A DNA stretch of 64,000 nt from Patescibacteria group bacterium (lineage in GTDB: Bacteria > Patescibacteriota > Patescibacteriia > Magasanikbacterales > GWA2-37-8), in the NCBI GenBank assembly GCA_004321885.1, contig SCQK01000014.1:32001-96000 (forward strand). The letters are read 5' to 3'. The notes under the pieces were generated by a model. It had not been told where the DNA came from. It did not search any database and saw only the letters and a program-made list of their open reading frames with translations. Shown here piece after piece: positions 54,474-61,972 of the stretch; position 1 is the stretch's first letter, and every line of letters begins with the position of its first letter. Position numbers and translations under genes: made by a program.

Positions 54474-54546
54474 TGACCCGGCTGGGATTCGAACCCAGGA
54501 CCTCTTCCTTAAAAGGGAATTGCTCTACCAACTGAGCTACCGGGCC
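54474..54546 (-). tRNA. tRNA-Lys(UUU)
   Basis: Minus-strand GGCCCGG-TA-GCTC-AGTTGGTA-GAGC-A-ATTCC-CTTTTAA-GGAAG-AGGTC-CTGGG-TTCGAAT-CCCAG-CCGGGTC-A. Anticodon TTT. Confidence 0.85.
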
Positions 54547-54634
54547 GTCACTTCACTTTTAACTTATTAAATGATATACTAAATTCACAAGAAAATCAAG
54601 AGTCTGGCGTCGTTAAGACGCTATATTACGTATT

Positions 54635-55207
54635 ATGCTCAATAAAAAGTATTTTCAAAAAGTCCGGGGAGATTTGTTAAATTATGCCGGCGTGCACCGT
54701 GAGGTGATAAAAATTTGCGGTGATGCCCAGCATTTAGCCAAAAAAGCCATTTTTGCCATGCAAAGAGACGGGGGCAAAGACGCGGACAAGCTTTTGGAGC
54801 AGGCGCGCGCGCTTTTGGCCGGTCTGCAAAAAAAGCACGCCAAAGACAGCCGCGTGTTTGACGAGGGCGCCTACAAAGCGGCTATGGAGGAGTTCGCGGA
54901 AGCGGCGCTGTTTTCGGAATATTTGCGGGGCGAAGAAATGGGTGAAATAAAAAATTTAAACGTCAGTTCGGAAAGTTTCGTCGGCGGTTTGTGTGATGTG
55001 CCGGGCGAACTCTTGCGTTATGCCATCAAGTCGGCCACGGAAAAGGATTTCAAAAAAGTAAAAAAATGTTTTGACGCGGCCGATGCTGTTTTGCGTGAAT
55101 TAATGGACATGGACTTGACCGGATACAACCGCCAGAAATTTGACCAGGCCAAACAGGCCTGGTACAAGCTGGAGCAGGTGGCGTATGAGGTGAGCATGAA
55201 GGGGTGA
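54635..55207 (+). CDS. Hypothetical all-helical protein, possible translin-family
   Basis: 190 aa. C-terminus YKLEQVAYEVSMKG and GAYKAAMEEFAEAALFSEYLRGEE resemble translin C-terminal motifs. Weak. Confidence 0.35.
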   Translation: MLNKKYFQKVRGDLLNYAGVHREVIKICGDAQHLAKKAIFAMQRDGGKDADKLLEQARALLAGLQKKHAKDSRVFDEGAYKAAMEEFAEAALFSEYLRGEEMGEIKNLNVSSESFVGGLCDVPGELLRYAIKSATEKDFKKVKKCFDAADAVLRELMDMDLTGYNRQKFDQAKQAWYKLEQVAYEVSMKG

Positions 55208-55209
55208 GT

Positions 55210-56499
55210 ATGAAGAGAATGTTTCATTTGTTAATCGCGTGGCTGGCCTATTGGTTTTACGGCCGGCCGGCGAGAAAATTGATTGTGGTGGGCGTTACCG
55301 GCACCAAGGGTAAATCCACCGCCTGCCGGCTCATCGCTTCGGTGATGGAAGCCGGCGGGCACAAAGTCGGTCTGCTTACCACGGTGGAGTTTCAAATAGC
55401 GGACAAGCGCTGGGCCAATGACAAAAAAATGACCATGCTCGGGCGCGGGCAGATTCAAAAAATGCTGGCGGAAATGGTGAAAGCTGGTTGCCGCTATGCC
55501 GTGGTAGAGACATCGTCAGAGGGAATTTTGCAATTTCGGCATTATGGTTTGAATTACGACATCGCCGTGTTCATGAATTTGGGCGAAGAGCACAGCGAAC
55601 GTCACGGCGGATTTGCCAATTTGAAACGTGATAAGGGAAAAATGTTCGCCGGTCTGAACCGGGCGCGCCGCAAAATTATCGGCGGCAAATCAGTGCCTAA
55701 AGTTATCGTGGCAAACGTTGACGATGAAAACGCGAAATACTACATGTCTTTCGCGGCTGATGAAAAATACGAATTTGGAATGCGCGACGCGAACATTACA
55801 AAGAGCGATGAAAGCGGCGTGGAGTTCGCGGCGCAAAATGTAAAATACAAAATAAATTTAGTGGGTGAGTTCAATGTTTATAACGCCTTGGCCGCGATAG
55901 CCGTGGGCAAGTCGCAAGGAATAAGCGAAGCGCAAATCGCGGCCGGATTGGCGAGCGTGAAACTGGTGCCGGGCAGGATGGAGTTTATAAACGAAGGGCA
56001 GGATTTCAAAGTGGTGGTTGACTACGCTCATGAGCCGATGAGTTTGACCGAACTATTCAAAACTTTGCGCCGGCTGATTGGGCCGCAGAACAAAATTATC
56101 GCCGTGGTCGGCTCGGACGGCGGCGGCCGCGACAAAGGCAAGCGCGCTAAAATGGGCGAGATAGCGGGCCGGCTCACCGACCGCGTGGTTATCACTGATG
56201 TAAATTGTTTTGATGAAGATCCCAAGTCCATTGCCGAGATGCTCGCGGCCGGGGCGCGCGCGGCCGGCAAAACAGAGAGCATTGATTTGTTTATAGAGCT
56301 GGACCGTGCCAAGGCGATGGAAAAAGCAATGTCGCTGGCCGGCGCTGGCGACGCCGTGGTTATCACGGCCAAAGGCACCGAGCAGTGGATTGCCGTGGCC
56401 AAGGGCAAGAAAATTCCGTGGGACGACAGAGAAGTGGCGCGAAAAATTTTGAATCAAATACCCAGCCCAAGCAAGTGTATTAGTGTGATTAGTGAATAA
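55210..56499 (+). CDS. murE: UDP-N-acetylmuramoyl-L-alanyl-D-glutamate--2,6-diaminopimelate (or L-Lys) ligase
   Basis: VGVTGTKGKSTACRLI P-loop, DYAHEPMSL, GSDGGGRDKGKR. Confidence 0.7.
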   Translation: MKRMFHLLIAWLAYWFYGRPARKLIVVGVTGTKGKSTACRLIASVMEAGGHKVGLLTTVEFQIADKRWANDKKMTMLGRGQIQKMLAEMVKAGCRYAVVETSSEGILQFRHYGLNYDIAVFMNLGEEHSERHGGFANLKRDKGKMFAGLNRARRKIIGGKSVPKVIVANVDDENAKYYMSFAADEKYEFGMRDANITKSDESGVEFAAQNVKYKINLVGEFNVYNALAAIAVGKSQGISEAQIAAGLASVKLVPGRMEFINEGQDFKVVVDYAHEPMSLTELFKTLRRLIGPQNKIIAVVGSDGGGRDKGKRAKMGEIAGRLTDRVVITDVNCFDEDPKSIAEMLAAGARAAGKTESIDLFIELDRAKAMEKAMSLAGAGDAVVITAKGTEQWIAVAKGKKIPWDDREVARKILNQIPSPSKCISVISE

Positions 56500-56512
56500 G
56501 ATTAGTGGTTCT

Positions 56513-57151
56513 ATGTCTCTCATTAAAAAAATCCAGCCGCGCGAGGGCGAGCTCGTGGTGCGCGCGGTCTATCGCTACCAGCTGACAAACTGGTGGAAGT
56601 ACATGCTGGGTTTCGCGCTCTTGTTCGCGGCCTCGTTTTTCATGTTTCGGTTTTTTTCCTGGGGGCTTTTCGGTTACGGGCTTTTCGGCGTTTGTGTTCT
56701 TGTCGGTGCCATGTTCATTTTAAGAACATACATATTCAATCGCACGAATTGCCTTGTTATCACCGACCAGAGGGTCGTTGACATCAATCGCGTCAGCATG
56801 TTTGACGAGGTGATTTCTTCGGTCGGGCATCATGATATTTTGGACGTTTCAGCCAGGCGCAACGGCATTTTGGAAAATATTTTCAATTACGGCGGCATCA
56901 GCATTCATACCAAAAACAGCCAGTTCGCGCTGGATATCGTGAAAGTGCGCCGTCCGATTGACGTGCAGGCTGTCATTTTGGAGCTGGGCGACCGCCACTT
57001 GCGCGCCCGCGCCGCGAGCGATTCGGCCGCCGTTTGCCGCGGCTTTATCAAAATAATTCCCGAACTCTCGCAGAAAGACCTTATAGCTATCGGCAATTTG
57101 ATAAATGAACAGATAGATAAGGTTTCGCCTTTCGGAGAGCGTCAAATATGA
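56513..57151 (+). CDS. Membrane protein with bacterial PH-like domain (DUF304/YdbS-like)
   Basis: Two TM helices followed by LVITDQRVVDINRV...GGISIHTKNSQFALDIV. ATG 56513 (the track start is GTG inside the murE stop region). Confidence 0.45.
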   Translation: MSLIKKIQPREGELVVRAVYRYQLTNWWKYMLGFALLFAASFFMFRFFSWGLFGYGLFGVCVLVGAMFILRTYIFNRTNCLVITDQRVVDINRVSMFDEVISSVGHHDILDVSARRNGILENIFNYGGISIHTKNSQFALDIVKVRRPIDVQAVILELGDRHLRARAASDSAAVCRGFIKIIPELSQKDLIAIGNLINEQIDKVSPFGERQI

Positions 57152-57570
57152 CGAGACAAGATCGGGGCTGGAAAAAAATTTTTAATTCGCGCTTGTTTTT
57201 GTTCGCTTTGACAGGCGCGGCCGTGTTTGTAATTTTTGTTTACGTCAAAACTTATTATCAGGACTTCTTGGTGCGCCAGGAAATAGCGCGCCTGCAGGAA
57301 AGCGCCGCTGTTTTGCAGGCCAGAAAATTGGAATTGGCCCAGGCCTTGCAATACGCCAAATCCAGCTCTTTTGTGGAGGAAAAAGCGCGCACCGAGCTGA
57401 ATATGGCCAAGCCGGGCGAGCGCGTTTTGATTATCCCGGATGCCGCGGCCGGTCCGGCCGGCGTTAACGGGGAAAGCGGACAAAAAATTTATGGACAAGC
57501 CGGGAAAACTGTGGTACAATCGTCAAACGAATCAAATTTTTACAAGTGGTGGAAATTTTTTACAAGATAA
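57148..57570 (+). CDS. Septum-formation-initiator-like protein (FtsB/DivIC/FtsL family)
   Basis: N-terminal TM, coiled coil EIARLQESAAVLQARKLELAQ..., ...EEKARTELNMAKPGERVLIIPD. Confidence 0.5.
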   Translation: MTRQDRGWKKIFNSRLFLFALTGAAVFVIFVYVKTYYQDFLVRQEIARLQESAAVLQARKLELAQALQYAKSSSFVEEKARTELNMAKPGERVLIIPDAAAGPAGVNGESGQKIYGQAGKTVVQSSNESNFYKWWKFFTR

Positions 57571-57580
57571 AAATTAAATT

Positions 57581-58594
57581 ATGCAAGAGCAAAACATGTC
57601 AGGAGGAGCGGAAAATTTTAATCAGGAGAAAAAATTTAACGGCAAAATGTTTTTGCTGGGTCTCTTGGGATTTTTGGCTTTGGCTTTGGCCGCGGCGCTG
57701 GCCGTGGGCATTTACCGCGTTTACGCCAAGGCGGCCACAGACGGCTTTACCCTGACCGTGGCCAGGGTTTTACGTTTGCCCGCGTTTAAGGCGGATGACA
57801 AGGCCGTGCTGTACGTGGATTATGCCGATGACCTGCGCGCCATTCGCGCGATGAGAGACTTTGACAAGAAAAATAACGGCGAAAACGCCGAGCTCACGGA
57901 CCAGCAGATGTCGGACCAGGTTTTGTGGCGACTGCTGAATAATGTTTTGCTGGACAAAGCCGCCAAAACATATAATTTGAAAGTGCAGGAAAGCGATTTG
58001 CGCGATTTGAAGCGCCAGGTGATGCAGAATTTCAAGAATGAAGACGAAGCGAATAAGGAAATTAAAGAAAGATACGGCTGGGATTTTGCCACCTATCAAA
58101 AAAAGGTGATGAGCCAGTATGTCTTGCAAAGCAAGCTTGACCAGGAGGTGCAGGGGGATAAAAAATTGCTTGACGAACAGTTTGTTTTGGCGAATAAAGT
58201 ACTGACCGAGGTAAAGGGCGGGGCGGATTTTGCCGAGCTGGCGAAAAAATACGGGCAGGACGGCACGGCCGCGGCCGGGGGCGATTTGGGCTGGTTTGCC
58301 AAAGGCGAAATGGTGCCGGCGTTTGAAACCGCCGCGTTCGCGCTAAAGAAAGGCGAGCTGGCCAAAGACCCGGTAGAAACCGAATTTGGTTTTCATGTTT
58401 TGAAAGTGACTGACAAGAAAACCGAGAAGAAAAAAGACGCCAAGGGCAAGACAACCTCGGTGGCGCAAGTGCGAGCCAGTCATATTCTTTTCCGTCGGCC
58501 CAACGCGTCGCAATATCTGGACAAGCTGGCGCGGCAGGCCAATTTACATTTATATATAGCCGTGCACGACCCGTTTGCCGGGTTGAAGAAATAA
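57581..58594 (+). CDS. Parvulin-type peptidyl-prolyl isomerase (PrsA/SurA-like)
   Basis: N-terminal TM, rotamase domain GGDLGWFAKGEMVPAFETAAFALKKGEL...TEFGFHVLKV. Confidence 0.75.
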   Translation: MQEQNMSGGAENFNQEKKFNGKMFLLGLLGFLALALAAALAVGIYRVYAKAATDGFTLTVARVLRLPAFKADDKAVLYVDYADDLRAIRAMRDFDKKNNGENAELTDQQMSDQVLWRLLNNVLLDKAAKTYNLKVQESDLRDLKRQVMQNFKNEDEANKEIKERYGWDFATYQKKVMSQYVLQSKLDQEVQGDKKLLDEQFVLANKVLTEVKGGADFAELAKKYGQDGTAAAGGDLGWFAKGEMVPAFETAAFALKKGELAKDPVETEFGFHVLKVTDKKTEKKKDAKGKTTSVAQVRASHILFRRPNASQYLDKLARQANLHLYIAVHDPFAGLKK

Positions 58595-58595
58595 T

Positions 58596-58787
58596 TGGAG
58601 CGGGATACGAGAATCGAACTCGCATCTCTTGCTTGCCCCCACACCAATAATATTGAGCGGACGATGGGAATCGAACCCACGCCTCAACCTTGGGAAGGTC
58701 GCATACTACCATTATACTACGCCCGCGTATCGCACTATTGGTGTGGGGGCTTGGGAAGCAAGCATACTGCCACTGTACTAATCCCGC
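58596..58787 (-). tRNA. Split tRNA-Gly(CCC) gene: 5' half 58787-58751 and 3' half 58632-58596 (CCA encoded), interrupted at position 37/38 by a 118-nt intervening sequence
   Basis: Halves join to GCGGGAT-TA-GTAC-AGTGGCA-GTAT-G-CTTGC-TTCCCAA-GCAAG-AGAT-GCGAG-TTCGATT-CTCGT-ATCCCGC-T-CCA with perfect acceptor and anticodon stems. Intervening sequence is bounded by 15-bp inverted repeats GCCCCCACACCAATA/TATTGGTGTGGGGGC. Confidence 0.55.
58656..58726 (-). tRNA. tRNA-Gly(CCC), intact, nested inside the split tRNA-Gly intervening sequence
   Basis: GCGGGCG-TA-GTAT-AATGGTA-GTAT-G-CGACC-TTCCCAA-GGTTG-AGGC-GTGGG-TTCGATT-CCCAT-CGTCCGC-T. Confidence 0.8.
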
Positions 58788-58792
58788 GATTG

Positions 58793-58865
58793 AGCCGACC
58801 ATGGGACTCGGACCCATAACCTACGGTTTACGATACCGTTGCTCTACCAGTTGAGCTAGGTCGGC
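58793..58865 (-). tRNA. tRNA-Thr(CGU)
   Basis: GCCGACC-TA-GCTC-AACTGGTA-GAGC-A-ACGGT-ATCGTAA-ACCGT-AGGTT-ATGGG-TCCGAGT-CCCAT-GGTCGGC-T. Confidence 0.85.
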
Positions 58866-58913
58866 GTTACTGCATACATTTTGCCAGAAAAACTGGCGCG
58901 GGTCAATGACCTG

Positions 58914-58922
58914 TGGTATAAT
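58914..58922 (+). promoter_or_regulatory. Extended -10 promoter element TGgTATAAT upstream of ftsE
   Basis: TATAAT at 58917-58922 preceded by TGG. About 17 nt upstream of the ftsE ATG. Confidence 0.3.
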
Positions 58923-58938
58923 ATCGTCATCCCGTCGT

Positions 58939-59619
58939 ATGATTACCATCAGCGGAGTGACAAAAATTTATCCCACCGGCACGCCCGCTTTGCGCAACGT
59001 GAACCTGCATATCAATGCGGGCGATTTTGTTTCTATCGTGGGCCAGAGCGGCACCGGCAAATCCACGCTGGTGAAATTGATGATTGCCGAAGAAAAGCCG
59101 TCCAAGGGCACGATAGACATCGGCGGCTGGGATATCACGCGCATCAGGCGCGGCGACGTGCCGTTTTTCCGCCGGCAAATCGGCGTGGTCTTTCAGGATT
59201 ACAAGCTTCTGCCGAAAAAGACCGCCTACGAAAACATTGCCTTTGCTTTGGAAGTGGCCGGCGAAACTTATCGCCGCATTCACAAAATCATTCCGCAGGT
59301 GCTTGACATCGTTGGTCTCTCGCACAAGCACAACAGCTATCCTTTTCAGCTTTCCGGCGGTGAACAACAGCGCATCGCCATCGCGCGTTCTTTGGTGCAC
59401 CGGCCTAAAATCATCGTGGCCGACGAGCCCACGGGAAATTTAGACGCCATCAACGCGGCCGAGATTGTTTCTATCCTCAAAAAAATAAACGAATTCGGCA
59501 CCACGGTTTTACTGGTCACGCACAACCGCGAAATCGTCAATCATTTGCGCCGCCGCGTCATCACCCTGCACGGCGGAGAAATCGTCAACGACGAACAGGA
59601 AGGAAAATACCGTTTATAG
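58939..59619 (+). CDS. ftsE: Cell-division ABC ATPase FtsE
   Basis: [35 protein letters not shown]. 226 aa from MITISGV. Confidence 0.85.
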   Translation: MITISGVTKIYPTGTPALRNVNLHINAGDFVSIVGQSGTGKSTLVKLMIAEEKPSKGTIDIGGWDITRIRRGDVPFFRRQIGVVFQDYKLLPKKTAYENIAFALEVAGETYRRIHKIIPQVLDIVGLSHKHNSYPFQLSGGEQQRIAIARSLVHRPKIIVADEPTGNLDAINAAEIVSILKKINEFGTTVLLVTHNREIVNHLRRRVITLHGGEIVNDEQEGKYRL

Positions 59620-59620
59620 T

Positions 59621-60529
59621 ATGCTCGCTCTACTGCGCATCATCAAATACGCCCTGCAAGACATTTGGCGCAACATCAGTCTGTCGTTCATGACGGTTTT
59701 TATTTTGGTGCTGATGCTACTTTCGGTAAACACCCTGTGGTCACTGGATGTTTTAACCAAAGAAGCCGTGGGCCTGGTGAAAAAACAGGTTGACGTCAGC
59801 TTTTATTTTTACGCCGGCGCCAATCCCAAAGACGTGGCCGAGATAAAAAAATATCTGGGCTCGTTTCCCGAAGTGGTTTCAGTGGCGGTGCAGTCGCCCG
59901 AGGACGTGCTGAAATCTTTTAAGGAGCGGCACAAAGACGAAAGCGACGTGGAAAACGCTCTGACCGAATTGGGCGAAAATCCGTTCGGTCCCACGCTCAC
60001 CGTGAAAACCAAAGAGCCGAAGGATTACCAGAAAATAATGACGGCGATGAACGTGCCTGAGTACAAAAATTTGATAGAAAAGCGCAGTTTTGAGAATCAC
60101 GAGGCGGCCATAGAACGTTTGCAAAACATTATCAACCGCATAGAAAAAATCGTGCTGGGCCTCACCGCCATGTTCGCCATTATTTCTTTCTTGATTATTT
60201 TCAACACCATCCGCGTGGCCATCAACACCCAGCGCGTGGAAATCAGCATCAAGCGCCTGGTGGGAGCCAGCAATTGGTTTATCCGCGGGCCGTATATAGT
60301 GGAGTCGTTTTTATTTACCTGCCTAAGCGTGGCGGCCACCGTCTTTTTGGTTTTTTTCGCTTTGCAATACCTGGACCCTTATTTGGCCGCTGTTTTGCCC
60401 GCGGGTTCATCCTTGACAAATTACTACAATTCGCATATATTCGTCCTGTTCGGCGTGCAAACAACGGCCGTGCTCCTGCTTACTATCGCTTCCAGCGTTT
60501 TGGCGATGAGGAAGCAGTTGAAGGTGTAA
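59621..60529 (+). CDS. ftsX: Cell-division permease FtsX
   Basis: 4 TM, FtsX C-terminal bundle, follows ftsE by 1 nt. Confidence 0.8.
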   Translation: MLALLRIIKYALQDIWRNISLSFMTVFILVLMLLSVNTLWSLDVLTKEAVGLVKKQVDVSFYFYAGANPKDVAEIKKYLGSFPEVVSVAVQSPEDVLKSFKERHKDESDVENALTELGENPFGPTLTVKTKEPKDYQKIMTAMNVPEYKNLIEKRSFENHEAAIERLQNIINRIEKIVLGLTAMFAIISFLIIFNTIRVAINTQRVEISIKRLVGASNWFIRGPYIVESFLFTCLSVAATVFLVFFALQYLDPYLAAVLPAGSSLTNYYNSHIFVLFGVQTTAVLLLTIASSVLAMRKQLKV

Positions 60530-60530
60530 T

Positions 60531-60601
60531 TCCGGGGTCGTCCAATGGCAAGACAGAGGCCTTTGAAGCCTCTTATCCAGGTCCGAATCCTGGCCCCGGA
60601 A
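60531..60601 (+). tRNA. tRNA-Gln(UUG)
   Basis: TCCGGGG-TC-GTC-CAATGGCAA-GAC-A-GAGGC-CTTTGAA-GCCTC-TTAT-CCAGG-TCCGAAT-CCTGG-CCCCGGA-A. U1-A72 pair typical of tRNA-Gln. Confidence 0.8.
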
Positions 60602-60658
60602 CACAGTTAATTGTGCAGTCGCTTTTAAGGCGGCTTTTTGGTATAATGCCAGAATCGT

Positions 60659-61111
60659 ATGGAAATTAATTATTCAAGAGCCAACAGGCGCGATAAGCAA
60701 GATGTTTATGAGCTTAGCTTGTTGTTGAACAAAGGGGACGATACCAAAACAACCAAAGACATAGAAGAATCTGTTAATAGGGCGCTGAAAAATAATTTGG
60801 TGTGGTCGGCGAAAGACGAAGACAGAATCATCGGTTATGTTCTTTGTGAATTGTTTGATGAGACCCAATTGAATTTTCCGAACTCAATTTTTATTTCCGA
60901 ACTTTATGTAGTTGACGCGTTTCGCAAGCAAGGAGTTGGTAAAGAGCTCGTTAAAATGGTGCTATCCAATAAATTTCCAAAAAAGTATTACTATTTTTCC
61001 GTAACACACGATCCTAAGGCGTTTTATTTAACTGATTTTTATAAATCCTGCGGGTTTGAAGAAAAGGGCATAACGAATGCGGGAAATATAAAATTAACGA
61101 GAAAAATATAA
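60659..61111 (+). CDS. GNAT-family N-acetyltransferase
   Basis: Motif A FRKQGVGKELVKMV, 150 aa, AT-rich. Confidence 0.7.
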   Translation: MEINYSRANRRDKQDVYELSLLLNKGDDTKTTKDIEESVNRALKNNLVWSAKDEDRIIGYVLCELFDETQLNFPNSIFISELYVVDAFRKQGVGKELVKMVLSNKFPKKYYYFSVTHDPKAFYLTDFYKSCGFEEKGITNAGNIKLTRKI

Positions 61112-61128
61112 TTAACATCAAAAATAAT

Positions 61129-61968
61129 ATGGAGAAAACAAAAATCGCAATTTTTAAGGGCAAAAAAGTTCGCAAGATTCTATTTCAAAAAGAGTGGTGG
61201 TTTGTCATAAATGATGTCATTGAAATGTTGACGGATTCAGGTGATCCAGCCCAATACTTTAAGAGATTAAAAGAAAGAGACGAGGAGCTGGCAAAAATCG
61301 TAGACAAAGGGGGGGTACAATTTGTACCACCCCTCATGCTTGTTGTAGAAACTGCCGGTGGCAAGCAAAAAATGTATTGCTGGAATACTGAGGGTATTTT
61401 TCGTCTTGTACAATCAATCCCGTCGCCAAAAGCCGAGCCATTTAAGCGCTGGCTGGCCAGGGTGGGCTATGAGCGTGTGCAGGAAATTGAGAACCCGGAA
61501 TTGGCCACTAAACGAACGCGGATGTTATACAAGTTAAAAGGCTATCCTGATAGTTGGATAGAAAAACGAATGCGCGGCATTGAAGTGCGCGAAACCCTGA
61601 CTGACCAGTGGCAAAAACACGAAGTGAAACTGCAAAAAGAGTACGAAATACTAACCGCCGAAATCGCCCGTGCCACTTTCGGCCTTACTCCAAGCCAGCA
61701 TAAAAAAGTTAAAGGTTTAAAAAGAGAAAATCTGCGCGACCACATGAACGACTTGGAGTTGATTTTTTCCATGCTTGGCGAAGCCGCCACCACGGAAATC
61801 GTCCGCAACGAACATCCGCTTGGATTTGTGAAAAATAAAAAAGTTGCCAAACGCGGCGGCGGCGTGGCCGGTTTGGCCAGAAAGAAGATGGAAATAGAAA
61901 CCGGTAAAAAAGTAGTGAGCAAAGAAAATTATCTGCCGCTGATAAAAAGAAAAAAGCGGTTAAAATAA
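61129..61968 (+). CDS. Bro-N-domain / DNA-damage-inducible-protein-D (DinD)-like protein
   Basis: IFKGKKVRKILFQKEWWFVINDVIEML resembles the Bro-N F.G..VR.I...G..WFVA.DV..LG motif. Length matches DinD. Basic C-terminus. Confidence 0.45.
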   Translation: MEKTKIAIFKGKKVRKILFQKEWWFVINDVIEMLTDSGDPAQYFKRLKERDEELAKIVDKGGVQFVPPLMLVVETAGGKQKMYCWNTEGIFRLVQSIPSPKAEPFKRWLARVGYERVQEIENPELATKRTRMLYKLKGYPDSWIEKRMRGIEVRETLTDQWQKHEVKLQKEYEILTAEIARATFGLTPSQHKKVKGLKRENLRDHMNDLELIFSMLGEAATTEIVRNEHPLGFVKNKKVAKRGGGVAGLARKKMEIETGKKVVSKENYLPLIKRKKRLK

Positions 61969-61972
61969 TTTT

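Noticed and set aside
58633-58750. Group I self-splicing intron in tRNA-Gly
   Set aside because: The intervening sequence is only 118 nt, has no P/Q/R/S core elements, and consists of a tRNA flanked by 15-bp inverted repeats. Too small for any known self-splicing intron class.
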